From a virus, in the IMG/VR virus record IMGVR_UViG_3300046319_000183: DNA of 64,000 bases. One strand, written 5' to 3'. Every line of letters begins with the position of its first letter. Positions within the stretch are counted from its first letter, which is position 1. The position numbers and the translations under genes are program-made. Positions 1 through 8,678 of the stretch are shown here, piece by piece. The notes below the pieces were generated by a model. The model had not been told where the DNA came from. It saw nothing but the letters and a program-made list of their open reading frames with translations, and did no database searches.

Positions 1-82
1 CCAAAGACCAGATAAAAGTACTTATTATTATTGTACTTCAGAATATCAAGTTCCTCCAGCTCAAACACATACAGAATTTTAT

Positions 83-205
83 ATGTCTGTAAATAAAAGA
101 GCTTTTTACTGTTTTTTAGGAGCTTTTTACTGTTTTTTAGGAGCTTTTATTGTAAGTCTTATTGTATTCTTTTTTAAACCTTTTGTTCACTATTTAAATA
201 CTTAA
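83..205 (+). CDS. small hydrophobic peptide (40 aa) with internal AFYCFLG repeat; not in ORF track (below length cutoff)
   Basis: ATG at 83, TAA at 203-205. Encoded by a 21-nt tandem DNA repeat. Single predicted TM stretch. Confidence 0.2.
   Translation: MSVNKRAFYCFLGAFYCFLGAFIVSLIVFFFKPFVHYLNT
100..152 (+). repeat. 21-nt direct tandem repeat x2.5 (AGCTTTTTACTGTTTTTTAGG)
   Basis: Two exact copies at 100-120 and 121-141, then a partial third. Confidence 0.85.
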
Positions 206-208
206 TAA

Positions 209-787
209 ATGAAAACCCTTTTGTTTTTACTTTTACCTTTTATGTTGTTAGGTCAAACATATGATTCAGTAAAAAAAGATATAAAATCTTCTGCTGTAGC
301 AGTTTCTGATGTGGGAAAAGAATCTCTGACTTCTGCTTCAAAGTTTTTGAAAGAAGGAAAAGATTTTGCTGTACAAACTGTACATTCGATGGATACATCT
401 TCTGTATCAAAACAAATTTATGGTGATGTTAAGTATGTGGTAAAAGCCATTGCTACTAATCTTGGAATTGCTACTGAGAAAGTCTACATTGTTGTGACGA
501 AGAAGTTTTTTCTTGAAGGTGTTGTAGGATTAATAGGAAATTTAGCTTATTGTATAGTTTTTTTCTTTATTGTAAAATTTTTGTATAAAAGACTTAAAAA
601 TGCAATATTAGCTAATGCAGATTATAGCATACCTTTAGGTATATGTTCTTTAATATTTGTAATTGTACTTGTAGGAGCTTTAGGCTCTAATTTAGGAAGT
701 TTTTCTGAAAATGTAGGAAAAACTTTTAATCCTGAATATTACACAATTCAGTTCATAATTGATAACCTTAAAACTTTAGTGAAATGA
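209..787 (+). CDS. hypothetical membrane protein (N-terminal signal/TM, C-terminal TM segments)
   Basis: ORF track. Hydrophobic N-terminus MKTLLFLLLPFMLLG and C-terminal hydrophobic stretches. Confidence 0.5.
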   Translation: MKTLLFLLLPFMLLGQTYDSVKKDIKSSAVAVSDVGKESLTSASKFLKEGKDFAVQTVHSMDTSSVSKQIYGDVKYVVKAIATNLGIATEKVYIVVTKKFFLEGVVGLIGNLAYCIVFFFIVKFLYKRLKNAILANADYSIPLGICSLIFVIVLVGALGSNLGSFSENVGKTFNPEYYTIQFIIDNLKTLVK

Positions 788-1155
788 TAAATTATAAAGT
801 ATTATTAAAATCTATGACTTACTTAATGCTTCCTACTTTAGTAGTTTTCTTTTTGGTATTTTGTTGGTTCTTGGATTGGGAAGCTTATAAACAATTTTGG
901 CTTAATCGTGAAGGTTGGGCTGGATTCTTGAGAATCTTTATTGTTGGCTTAGAAGTTTTGCTTGTTTGGTATGTATATGACCAGAACATTAAAGAGCTTA
1001 GGATAGAAAATCCTGAAGGAAGAGCTAAGCTTATTTATAGTTCTTCTAGAGCTTCTGATTTGTACCAACCTCTTAGTCAAGCAACAGAAGGTACAGATGG
1101 TAAGTATAAAATGTATAAAATAGAAGAAAATAAATTTCTAATAGAATACAAATGA
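784..1155 (+). CDS. hypothetical membrane protein
   Basis: ATGA overlap with upstream gene. Hydrophobic segments LMLPTLVVFFLVFCWFL and FLRIFIVGLEVLLVW. Confidence 0.5.
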   Translation: MINYKVLLKSMTYLMLPTLVVFFLVFCWFLDWEAYKQFWLNREGWAGFLRIFIVGLEVLLVWYVYDQNIKELRIENPEGRAKLIYSSSRASDLYQPLSQATEGTDGKYKMYKIEENKFLIEYK

Positions 1156-1412
1156 AAAAGTTTATAATTTTTTGTTTTCTTTTTGTAGCTTGTACTTCAA
1201 CTTCAAAAAGTGAAGTTAATGAGTTTTTGCCTGTTAAAAATCGTACTATTATTATACCTTCAACAGAAAAATTTATAACTATCAGTTGGAGAAGTACTAG
1301 TAGTGCTTGGATTTTAACTAAAGACCTACATAAAAATGTTTATCATTTTAGAGAAGTAAAAGCTTCTTCTATGCTTGATGAAATACATGATTCAATAATT
1401 ATTAACAATTAA
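1152..1412 (+). CDS. putative lipoprotein
   Basis: ATGA overlap. Signal peptide followed by Cys (FLFVAC-TS), lipobox-like. Confidence 0.4.
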   Translation: MKKFIIFCFLFVACTSTSKSEVNEFLPVKNRTIIIPSTEKFITISWRSTSSAWILTKDLHKNVYHFREVKASSMLDEIHDSIIINN

Positions 1413-1420
1413 AAATAACT

Positions 1421-3514
1421 ATGACTAAGAACACGATATTATTACAAAAATTTCTAGTCAATTTTACAGATTCGGGCCAGAATAATCTAGCTTTAGCTAT
1501 GTCTTGTCAAGGACAATTGATGCACTACGGATTTCTCCTAACGCAGGAGGCATTTGAAATGCTTCAAAAAGCAGAAGAAGCTGAAATCATTAAGTTCTAT
1601 AATGAAACTGTAAATTGGCTCAAGATTCAAACAGGAGGAAAGCTCGATTTTCAATCGTTGTACAAAAATTTCCCTCAAGATGTAATGTCTCAATCCTTGC
1701 AGGAATTATACATGAATCAATTACTTCATTACTGGGGTGTAAAAACCTTTAAGCCTTATGGTAAACAAAAGATTGAAGGTTTTGAGCATGTTTCTTACAA
1801 AGAAGTGTATCCTTGTACTGAAGATGAATTTCTAGCAATTTTCACTCGCTTACTTAGTGTAGGAAACTCTTTAACTCCTACTGATACTAAAGTTATCAAG
1901 TGGTGGGTAGAGTCAGGCTATGAATGTAGGTATCCTAAAGATATTCCATTCAAAGAAAACTTAGCTGTTATAGCTGCTTTATGTCCTACTTTCACAGTGA
2001 AGACTGTAACTGATTGTCTTAGAGTAGCTGTTGGATTTTCTGGTGGAGATGTTTCATTACCTGCTGTTCCTAAATCTTTAAAGAAACAAGGACCTAAATG
2101 GGCTGCTAGAGAAGAAGAGCGTAAAGCATTTCGATTTAAGCTTAATTCTGCTCAAAAACTTAGAGTTCTTCAATTGCTTGAGTCTTCTAATCTTGATATA
2201 AGAGATATGCAACAAGGTTCAAAGTACTCAAGATGGATTAGATTATTTGAAGTACTTGTTGTGCAAGCTCATAAAGAGACTCATCCTAAGACTTTCCAAG
2301 CTGCCTTTACTCTTCGTAATCAATTACGGAAAAGTAAACCTACTGGTGTACCTAAAGTTAGAACATGGCAATCATTGGTAGAGAGTGATTTTAAAGCCTC
2401 TTTTGAAGCTGGAGTTTTAAGACTTGCAGAGAGACCTGGAGTATTTATTCGTAGACTTGATGAACTTGTTCGTAAGAACCCTAAGAAGATTAACATCATC
2501 TTTGATGCTCTTTTGAAGAATGTAGATAAGACTTCTTCTAAAGTTTTGTTTGAAGCTTTTGGACATTTTCAAGAAAGACTTAAGCCTGTTCAAAATAGAA
2601 GTATCTTTATTAAAGGTGCTAGGCAGAGAACTCCTTTGCCAGATTTGAAAGCTTTGTCTCAAGAAGTTGTTGATACTTGTAGTGGATTTATTTGGGATGC
2701 TTTAGCTCGTAAATATGCTGAACTTCCAGCTATGGGTAAATGTTGGATAGATGAAAATCTTAAAAACATACCACTACCTACCAATATGAGGTCAATGTCA
2801 GAATCTCTTGTTCCAGTTGTGAGAGGGCAAAGAATTGCTATGGGTGTAACTAAAAGAGTTATTCGTCCATTTGTTCATTGGAATGATGTTCAAGGTTCAG
2901 AAGATATTGATATGCATGGTTTTCTTTTAGCAGAAGGTAAAAGAGCTACACAGTTTGGATTTAATGGAGAAAAAAGAGCTAACTATGGTTGTTATTCAGG
3001 AGATGTAAGACGTAGAAGAGGTGCTTGTGCAGAATATGTAGATATTGATGTAGAGAAAGCAGTTGCTTTTGGATTTAAGTACTTTGTCATGGTTTTGCAT
3101 AATTTTCAACAAAAACCATTCTCTTCTTTAAATGATTGCTATACAGGTTTTATGGAAAGAGATGATGCTTTGGTAAACTCTTCATGGACTCCTTCTTCTG
3201 TAACAAATGCAATGAGATTAAACTCAGAAGCTCAGTATTGTTTAGTAGGAATGTATGACTTGGAAACAAGAGAGTATATTCATTTAGACTTAGACTGGAA
3301 TATCTTTCAAAGAACTGTTGGTTCTGGTGATGCTTCTGCTTTGTTAAATGAGTTAAAGCCTTATTGTGAGCCACCTAAGCTTTCAGTCTACGATTTAATT
3401 CGATTACATGTAGAAGCTAGAGGCCAAGTTAGTTCTTTGGATGAAGCTGAAACTTTCTTCAAAGAGGAAGACTTTAGATATTCATATCAAAAAACTTTAG
3501 AGCTAATAGGATGA
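1421..3514 (+). CDS. large hypothetical protein (697 aa), function unknown
   Basis: Long uninterrupted ORF. No motif recognised with confidence. Confidence 0.6.
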   Translation: MTKNTILLQKFLVNFTDSGQNNLALAMSCQGQLMHYGFLLTQEAFEMLQKAEEAEIIKFYNETVNWLKIQTGGKLDFQSLYKNFPQDVMSQSLQELYMNQLLHYWGVKTFKPYGKQKIEGFEHVSYKEVYPCTEDEFLAIFTRLLSVGNSLTPTDTKVIKWWVESGYECRYPKDIPFKENLAVIAALCPTFTVKTVTDCLRVAVGFSGGDVSLPAVPKSLKKQGPKWAAREEERKAFRFKLNSAQKLRVLQLLESSNLDIRDMQQGSKYSRWIRLFEVLVVQAHKETHPKTFQAAFTLRNQLRKSKPTGVPKVRTWQSLVESDFKASFEAGVLRLAERPGVFIRRLDELVRKNPKKINIIFDALLKNVDKTSSKVLFEAFGHFQERLKPVQNRSIFIKGARQRTPLPDLKALSQEVVDTCSGFIWDALARKYAELPAMGKCWIDENLKNIPLPTNMRSMSESLVPVVRGQRIAMGVTKRVIRPFVHWNDVQGSEDIDMHGFLLAEGKRATQFGFNGEKRANYGCYSGDVRRRRGACAEYVDIDVEKAVAFGFKYFVMVLHNFQQKPFSSLNDCYTGFMERDDALVNSSWTPSSVTNAMRLNSEAQYCLVGMYDLETREYIHLDLDWNIFQRTVGSGDASALLNELKPYCEPPKLSVYDLIRLHVEARGQVSSLDEAETFFKEEDFRYSYQKTLELIG

Positions 3515-4053
3515 GACAAAACTTTGGGTATAAGATTTTAAAAACTTTACCTTTAGCTGCTTTAGAAAATTTTAAAAAACACAGGAGATTACAAGTATTT
3601 TTTTATAAAGGATGTACTTGTGTTTCCTGTGGAAAAGTAGGAACTCATCTTGCATTAGGAGAAGATAAACGTGGAGGTAAACATTTAGATTTGTATGATG
3701 ATGAAGGTAATGCATTTACTATAGATCATATCTTACCCAAATCTAAAGGAGGACCAAATACTTTAGATAATCTACAACCAATGTGTAAAACTTGTAATGA
3801 AGATAAAGGAAATGGTGATAAACCTTTTAGACCAACTAATAATACTTTCCTACATAAATCTTTATTTATTCAGAAAGAATTAGCACCTGGTGATGTGGTT
3901 TATAAAAAAGTAAGTCCTTCTAAACTAAGATTGTTAGGTACTGTAAAAAGTATAGAACCAAATCCTTATCATCCTGAAAACAAGCTAGGAGTTAGTATTT
4001 TAGAATTGCCTAAAAGCATTTATTTTCTTCAAAGACTTTACGTAAAGAAATAA
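3511..4053 (+). CDS. HNH endonuclease
   Basis: CxxC ... HILPKSKGGPNTLDNLQPMCKTCN, a His-Me finger motif. ATGA overlap with upstream gene. Confidence 0.7.
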   Translation: MRQNFGYKILKTLPLAALENFKKHRRLQVFFYKGCTCVSCGKVGTHLALGEDKRGGKHLDLYDDEGNAFTIDHILPKSKGGPNTLDNLQPMCKTCNEDKGNGDKPFRPTNNTFLHKSLFIQKELAPGDVVYKKVSPSKLRLLGTVKSIEPNPYHPENKLGVSILELPKSIYFLQRLYVKK

Positions 4054-4058
4054 TTTTT

Positions 4059-4150
4059 GTCAATTTTTCATAACTAACATACTTCTAACAAAATACAAGT
4101 AACGAATCATCTGGTAACCCCAAATGCTTGTTAGTTAATTTAAAAAATTG
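4059..4150 (+). repeat. stand-alone copy of the tRNA-leader element: GTCAATTTTT fused to CATAACTAACATACTTCTA, with distal arm TGTTAGTTAATTT
   Basis: It shares the GTCAATTTTT and ATAACTA..TACTTCTA boxes with the leaders in front of tRNAs at 5510-8566. Inverted repeat ACTAACA (4075-4081) / TGTTAGT (4129-4135). Confidence 0.6.
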
Positions 4151-4227
4151 TACTATGGGAAATATCTCCTTAAAGGGTTGCAGAAAAGGATATTCTTTTC
4201 TAACTGGATGTTCACAAATTTCAAACC

Positions 4228-4258
4228 GAGGAGTTACGAGAGTAGCTCCTCATTTTTA
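4228..4258 (+). terminator. rho-independent terminator-like hairpin plus T-run
   Basis: GAGGAGTTAC..GTAGCTCCTC stem with one mismatch, followed by ATTTTTAG. Confidence 0.5.
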
Positions 4259-4277
4259 GAAACCAAATTTTATTAAT

Positions 4278-5243
4278 ATGTTTACTATTATTTTATTATT
4301 CTTACTTGTTTTGTTTGTAGCTCTACGTTGGATTCTTTTTAAAAAAGGAATTATTTCTTATGAAGTAAAAGATGATAAACCTTATTCTTCAAAAGTTTTA
4401 AGTGTTAATTCGAAGTATCTCTTTGGCATTATTGTTGTAGCTCTTGTAATTACTTTCCAACCTTTTACTATTGAACGAATAGATTCTGGTGCAGTGGGGC
4501 TTAAAGAAAATCTTACTGGCACTTCTAGAGGTATTCAAGGTGTAGAGTTTGCTTCTGGTTATCAGATTTATAATTCTTACACTCAGAATATTCATGAGAT
4601 TGAAACTGATGCAAAAAATGTTGATTATGGTGAAAGTGCTCTTACTGTAAAAGGTGGATATCCTTGTCCTATACATCTTACATTTAATGTTAAAGTAAAA
4701 CCTAAAAATGCCAATAGATTTTTTGTAGAAGTTAGACAAATGTTTAAACAAGGAGGGTTACCTCATGTTTTAGATACTTGGGCAAAAACATCTATAATGG
4801 GTTCTGCTAATCATGTTGCAAACAGATATGAGCCTGATTACATTTTTAATAACCAGCAAAAGTTTGAAGCTGAGATTTATTCAGAAGTTAATAAAAATCT
4901 TGGAGAATTTTTAGAAGTAACTCAAATGAAGACAAATATTAGACCTTCAGAGGACTTAGCTAAAATTATCTCAGATAAAATAAAGACTATTCAAGAGACT
5001 CAGAATGCAGAACTTAATGAGGTAAAAGCTTTAGCAGTTAACAAAACTAAAGTAGCTAATGCTCAAGGTGATTATGATGCAGCTATACTTACAGCCAAAA
5101 AGAATGATATTTTATCACAACCAAAAATGCTAGAACTGTATAGAGCAGAAACTGAGAGAAAATGGGCAGAAGCTAAAACTTCTCCTTGGGGTACTAATAA
5201 TGTTTTTGGTTCTATGCCTGGAATGTTGCTTCAAAGAAAATAA
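4278..5243 (+). CDS. membrane-anchored protein, possibly SPFH/band-7 (prohibitin/HflK-like)
   Basis: N-terminal TM helix. Central region and C-terminal coiled coil resemble SPFH-domain proteins. Similarity is weak and motif-level only. Confidence 0.4.
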   Translation: MFTIILLFLLVLFVALRWILFKKGIISYEVKDDKPYSSKVLSVNSKYLFGIIVVALVITFQPFTIERIDSGAVGLKENLTGTSRGIQGVEFASGYQIYNSYTQNIHEIETDAKNVDYGESALTVKGGYPCPIHLTFNVKVKPKNANRFFVEVRQMFKQGGLPHVLDTWAKTSIMGSANHVANRYEPDYIFNNQQKFEAEIYSEVNKNLGEFLEVTQMKTNIRPSEDLAKIISDKIKTIQETQNAELNEVKALAVNKTKVANAQGDYDAAILTAKKNDILSQPKMLELYRAETERKWAEAKTSPWGTNNVFGSMPGMLLQRK

Positions 5244-5270
5244 TTTCGTACATTTGTAAAAAATTCTATT

Positions 5271-5504
5271 ATGTGGTTTAACAAAGAGGTAGCACCTAAA
5301 ACAGCTAGACAAAAAGCATCAGAAGCTATATCAGGTTTTGAAAATGCTCAAAAACTTTTACTTGAAGCAAATACTGAACTTGTTGAAGAACAAGCAAAAA
5401 CTACTGCTGAAATTGAAAGATTAGAACTTCAAAAAGTTCAAACTCAAGAGCTTATTGGTAAAAATGCTAGAATAGCTGATAAAATTGGCGAAATCATAGC
5501 ATAA
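5271..5504 (+). CDS. hypothetical coiled-coil protein
   Basis: ORF track. Charged, helical composition. Confidence 0.35.
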   Translation: MWFNKEVAPKTARQKASEAISGFENAQKLLLEANTELVEEQAKTTAEIERLELQKVQTQELIGKNARIADKIGEIIA

Positions 5505-5509
5505 TAAAC

Positions 5510-5582
5510 TTTATGACTACCATACTTCTAAAAACCACAGCCTCACAGGCTGTTACAATAACCATTGGTAGTCAATTTTTTT
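5510..5582 (+). repeat. tRNA leader element copy 1: TTTATGACTACCATACTTCTAAAAA, then hairpin ACAGCCTcacAGGCTGT, then TTGGTAGTCAATTTTTTT
   Basis: Inverted repeat GACTACCA/TGGTAGTC brackets the element. It lies immediately 5' of the tRNA at 5583. Confidence 0.7.
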
Positions 5583-5653
5583 GCAGAAAGTGGTGTAATG
5601 GCAACACGTAAAAGGGAATTTTTAAACTTTAGGTTCGAATCCTAGGTTCTGCA
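5583..5653 (+). tRNA. tRNA-like gene (about 71 nt), atypical anticodon arm; isotype not assigned
   Basis: Acceptor GCAGAAA/GTTCTGC (6 bp plus one mismatch). D-arm GTGT-AATGGCA-ACAC. T-arm TTAGG-TTCGAAT-CCTAG. Confidence 0.45.
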
Positions 5654-5656
5654 CTA

Positions 5657-5715
5657 TTATGATTAAGTTACTTCTATTTTTGATTAAAAATTATTTACTT
5701 AATCAATTTTATCTT
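5657..5715 (+). repeat. tRNA leader element copy 2: TTATGATTAAGTTACTTCTATTTTT ... TTACTTAATCAATTTTATCTT
   Basis: Inverted repeat ATTAAGT/ACTTAAT. The sequence differs from copy 1 but pairing is maintained (covariation). Confidence 0.65.
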
Positions 5716-5800
5716 GGAGATATAGCTCAATTGGTAGAGCATTTTATAGTCTATTTAGTTTGCTGTAAAAAGGTTAGTGGTTCGAGTCCATTTATCTCTA
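5716..5800 (+). tRNA. tRNA (85 nt) with about 12 extra nt in the anticodon loop; isotype not assigned
   Basis: Acceptor GGAGATA/TATCTCT. D-arm GCTC-AATTGGTA-GAGC. Anticodon stem TTTTA/TAAAA enclosing a 19-nt loop. T-arm AGTGG-TTCGAGT-CCATT. Confidence 0.55.
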
Positions 5801-5894
5801 CTTTATATTATACTTATAATGTGACCTCTATAAGTTCCTAATTAAAAAACAAATTATATTATAAATAGCTGGTATATGTTATTTCTTAATTTGT

Positions 5895-5963
5895 CTTATA
5901 ACTAATCTACTTCTAAAAAACAAAGGTTGTAGTAAAAATGATTAGTTAATTTGTTTATTCATC
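5895..5963 (+). repeat. tRNA leader element copy 3: CTTATAACTAATCTACTTCTAAAAAAC ... ATGATTAGTTAATTTGTTTATTCATC
   Basis: Inverted repeat ACTAATC/GATTAGT (covarying arms). Confidence 0.65.
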
Positions 5964-6071
5964 GGGATGTGGTGTAATGGTAACACAGTTTATTTTCTCA
6001 GTTAATTCTAATAACTGTGATACTTCTAGCATCAGGAGCAGCTGTTCCAGGTTCGATTCCTGGCATCCCCA
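5963..6071 (+). tRNA. tRNA (about 108 nt) carrying a roughly 37-nt insertion in the anticodon region; isotype not assigned
   Basis: Acceptor GGGATG/CATCCC. D-arm GTGT-AATGGTA-ACAC. T-arm CCAGG-TTCGATT-CCTGG. Insert contains hairpin CAGTTA-attctaa-TAACTG followed by TGATACTTCTAG. Confidence 0.6.
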
Positions 6072-6128
6072 CTATAAAATATGCTTAATTTATTTGTAAG
6101 TTAGGCATATTTCTTTTATCTTTGTACT

Positions 6129-6572
6129 ATGAAAGACAAAGTAAAAAGAACAAATTGGAAACAATACAAAAACACTTTTAAAAGAGATGGTAAAAAATAC
6201 TTATGTATTAATTGTAATGCAGAAGCTCCTTCTCAAAGAAAGTATTGTAATGTTTGTGTAAATAAAGAAAATCCTAAAAGAAGTATTGCACATTTAAAAA
6301 CATTAGAAGAAAATTCTTCTAGCTCTTCTTCCCCACAAAACAAGTATGGGAAAATAAGAATGCAAGCAAGAGCTATTGCATCTGAATATTATGTTAAAGA
6401 ATGCTACAATTGTGGCTATGACAAACATGTGGAATGTTGTCATATTAAAGGAATAGGAACCTTTTCTAAAGAAACTTTAATAGGAGAAATTAACAATATC
6501 AAGAACTTAGTCTTTTTATGTCCCAATTGTCATTGGGAATTTGATAAAGGATTATTAGTCATAACTTCTTGA
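6129..6572 (+). CDS. HNH endonuclease (free-standing, inside the tRNA cluster)
   Basis: CYNCGYDKHVECCHIKG...NLVFLCPNCH, an HNH motif. Confidence 0.7.
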   Translation: MKDKVKRTNWKQYKNTFKRDGKKYLCINCNAEAPSQRKYCNVCVNKENPKRSIAHLKTLEENSSSSSSPQNKYGKIRMQARAIASEYYVKECYNCGYDKHVECCHIKGIGTFSKETLIGEINNIKNLVFLCPNCHWEFDKGLLVITS

Positions 6573-6583
6573 TAATGAACACT

Positions 6584-6648
6584 TTATAATGACTATCTTA
6601 CTTCTAAAAATTCTATTTGAAAAAACCTTTAAACAGTCAATTTTTTAT
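6584..6648 (+). repeat. tRNA leader element copy 4: TTTATAATGACTATCTTACTTCTAAAAA ... AAACAGTCAATTTTTTAT
   Basis: Same boxes as copies 1-3. The arms GACT..../....AGTC pair partially. Confidence 0.6.
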
Positions 6649-6757
6649 AGTGGGGTCGTATAGTGGCTAATACGCTTATTGCTTGATTAATTTTTATAAT
6701 TTAGCTACTTCTACTCCTGTCACGAGAGAGACCTAGGTTCGAATCCTAGCCCCACTG
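6649..6757 (+). tRNA. tRNA (about 109 nt) with a roughly 37-nt insertion in the anticodon region; isotype not assigned
   Basis: Acceptor AGTGGGG/CCCCACT (7 bp). D-arm GTAT-AGTGGCTA-ATAC. T-arm CTAGG-TTCGAAT-CCTAG. Insert contains TTAATTTTTATAATT..CTACTTCTA. Confidence 0.6.
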
Positions 6758-6795
6758 CTTTTTTTATTTTTAATTATTAAATTTATTTCAAAATC

Positions 6796-7098
6796 ATGGC
6801 AAGAATGAGAGTGCTTACAGATGAACAATTAGCTGAACTTTTAGCTACAAAAAACAAACAAGAAAGAATTAAACTTGCAATAAAGTTTAATATAGGTTCT
6901 CAATCTATTTTTAACTTATATCAATATTATAAGCATAAGCCAAAAAAAGTTGAAGAGCTTATGAAGCAGCCAGACTTTAGTCCACTACAAATGATAATGA
7001 TGCCAAATTTAGAACCAAATGAAATAAAAGTCAATGGTACTAAAATGGAATTTCCAAGTAATAGAGCTGTTATTCAAGGAATAGAATTTTCTTGGTAA
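6796..7098 (+). CDS. hypothetical protein
   Basis: ORF track. Confidence 0.4.
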   Translation: MARMRVLTDEQLAELLATKNKQERIKLAIKFNIGSQSIFNLYQYYKHKPKKVEELMKQPDFSPLQMIMMPNLEPNEIKVNGTKMEFPSNRAVIQGIEFSW

Positions 7099-7099
7099 T

Positions 7100-7600
7100 A
7101 TGTATCAACCTACTGACCATAAAATACAAATTAGAGAATTTGTAAAAAATTTTCTAAAAAGTTGTAAAAATGTTTTAACACTACCTAATCTTTATTTTGA
7201 CTTAGAAGAATTTTTAGCAAAAACTGCAAAAGTAGTTTGTTTCGAACAAAATAGAGTAGTGTTTAAACAGCAACAATTAGTAGCTCCTCTTAACGTAGAA
7301 TTAAATTGTGGGAATGTATTAAATGCAGAATCTTCTTTGTATGATGGTATGTTCTTAGATTTCTGTGGCCCTTTTCCTTTTAAACTTTTAAATTTTTTAA
7401 GAAATGTTAAACCAAACTCTAAATTAGTTTTAACATTTTTAGCTGCACGAGAATCAAGAACAATTCAAAAGTTTATAGATATAAGCAACAGACCTCAGAG
7501 TTATGCTCTGCTTTTCAAACATCTAGGATTTAGAACTATAAGCTATGTAGAATATCAATCGGGGTCTCCGATGATTGTTTTTTTTATTATTAAATTGTAA
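7100..7600 (+). CDS. hypothetical protein
   Basis: ORF track. Starts 2 nt after the upstream stop. Confidence 0.45.
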   Translation: MYQPTDHKIQIREFVKNFLKSCKNVLTLPNLYFDLEEFLAKTAKVVCFEQNRVVFKQQQLVAPLNVELNCGNVLNAESSLYDGMFLDFCGPFPFKLLNFLRNVKPNSKLVLTFLAARESRTIQKFIDISNRPQSYALLFKHLGFRTISYVEYQSGSPMIVFFIIKL

Positions 7601-7604
7601 AATT

Positions 7605-7955
7605 ATGTCTATCAAAACACCAGAAAACCTAAAAGGCACAGAAGCCTTTAAATTGTTAGTAAATAACAAAACCCCTCAAGAAAGGGCTTCAGAGTATGTT
7701 TCATCTGTGAAGAGAAAACTTGTTGAAACAGTAATCTCTCCTTTGCAAGACAAAGTAGAAAGTCTTCGTGACAAAATTGCAGACAAAAAAGAGTTTACTT
7801 TAAAAACTGACCATAATCTAGGCTTAAAGCTCATGACTAGAGAAGATGCCACAGCTCGGTTCAAAGAGATTATAGACTTAGAATATGACCTTAAGCTTGC
7901 CGAGCTTGAGTTAGAATGTAAAGTAAAGTCATTTGAAACTTACTTTGGAGCATGA
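7605..7955 (+). CDS. hypothetical coiled-coil protein (start moved to ATG at 7605, just after the upstream stop)
   Basis: The track ORF 7575-7955 overlaps the upstream gene. An in-frame ATG at 7605 follows the TAA at 7598-7600. Confidence 0.45.
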   Translation: MSIKTPENLKGTEAFKLLVNNKTPQERASEYVSSVKRKLVETVISPLQDKVESLRDKIADKKEFTLKTDHNLGLKLMTREDATARFKEIIDLEYDLKLAELELECKVKSFETYFGA

Positions 7956-8500
7956 AATGTTACATTTCTTGTCCGATGTCAATTCCACAATGGCAGCTTG
8001 ATTTAGTTCAAAAACGTCTACAAGATGCTGGTAATGCAGCTGTATTTTGGGAAAGAGGTACAACATATGGTGATAAAGAGAAAAATTGGATTAACACTTG
8101 TGATGCTTTTGTTATAGTGTTGCCTGAATTTGCTTGGCAATATGTAAGAACCAGTCTTCCAAAAGGGTGTAAAACAGAACTAGAACAAGCAGTTTTTCAA
8201 AACAAATCTATTTATATTGCATATAGGACTCAAACAAATAACTCTCTTGCTGTGTATAAAGCAGATCTTTCTGTGAATGCACATATCAGAGGAGTTCCTC
8301 AAACTTATGACTCTTTAGGTCAAAGTAGTTTAAAAGCTATGTCTTTTGAAAAACCAGTAGGAAAGCCTTCCCAATTAATGCAGCTTTCAGAAGTTGTTAA
8401 AATGCATGACACTCTTGAAGATTCAAAAATAGTAGAGTATTGTTGTACATTCGAATTCGAATTTCATTCATATGATAGAAGGCTTCTTCTATTAATGTAA
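7952..8500 (+). CDS. hypothetical protein, weak nucleoside 2-deoxyribosyltransferase-like (NDT-fold) resemblance
   Basis: ATGA overlap. The segment CDAFVIVLPEF...TELEQAVFQNKSIYIAY recalls the NDT/Rcl fold. The call is weak. Confidence 0.3.
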   Translation: MKCYISCPMSIPQWQLDLVQKRLQDAGNAAVFWERGTTYGDKEKNWINTCDAFVIVLPEFAWQYVRTSLPKGCKTELEQAVFQNKSIYIAYRTQTNNSLAVYKADLSVNAHIRGVPQTYDSLGQSSLKAMSFEKPVGKPSQLMQLSEVVKMHDTLEDSKIVEYCCTFEFEFHSYDRRLLLLM

Positions 8501-8504
8501 TAAT

Positions 8505-8566
8505 CTTTATGACTGTCTTACTCCTAATTTTAGTGGATAAAAAACTTAGACAGTCAATTTCTTTAT
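8505..8566 (+). repeat. tRNA leader element copy 5: CTTTATGACTGTCTTACTCCTAATTTT ... TAGACAGTCAATTTCTTTAT
   Basis: Inverted repeat GACTGTCT/AGACAGTC, 8 bp and perfect. Confidence 0.65.
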
Positions 8567-8567
8567 G

Positions 8568-8677
8568 GGAGGTGTAGCTTAATGGTAGAGCGGGAATTAC
8601 TTGGTCAATTTTTATGACTAAGTTACTTCTATCAATTGTTAAATGACCAGATGTGGGTTCGAATCCCATCATCTCCC
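8568..8677 (+). tRNA. tRNA (about 110 nt) with a roughly 39-nt insertion that is itself a contiguous copy of the leader element
   Basis: Acceptor GGAGGTG/CATCTCC. D-arm GCTT-AATGGTA-GAGC. T-arm GTGGG-TTCGAAT-CCCAT. Insert reads TGGTCA-ATTTTTATGACTAAGTTACTTCTATCAATTGTTAAA-TGACCA, bracketed by a 6-bp inverted repeat. Confidence 0.6.
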
Positions 8678-8678
8678 C

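Noticed and set aside
2417-2662. Antisense ORFs inside long + strand genes (2417-2662, 3150-3374, 4398-4751, 5130-5312, 7676-7864, 8998-9198, 10319-10639, 10869-11120 and the other short - strand track ORFs except 57754-60666)
   Set aside because: Each lies wholly within or opposite a longer, motif-supported + strand gene. They are AT-rich-frame artefacts, and none has a recognisable motif.
1421-3514. Ro60/TROVE or RtcB-like assignment for the 697-aa protein at the window start
   Set aside because: No vWA MIDAS motif (DxSxS), TROVE motifs or RtcB His-rich metal-binding motifs could be identified by eye.
5659-5841. Track ORFs overlapping tRNA genes (5659-5841 on +, 8397-8672 on -)
   Set aside because: They overlap tRNA structures and conserved leader elements. 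Their translations are low-complexity, so they are most likely non-coding.
5963-6071. Group I intron or hammerhead ribozyme as an explanation for the tRNA insertions
   Set aside because: The inserts are only 12-40 nt. That is too short for group I introns (which need P1-P9, over 200 nt). They also lack the hammerhead CUGAUGA...GAAA core.
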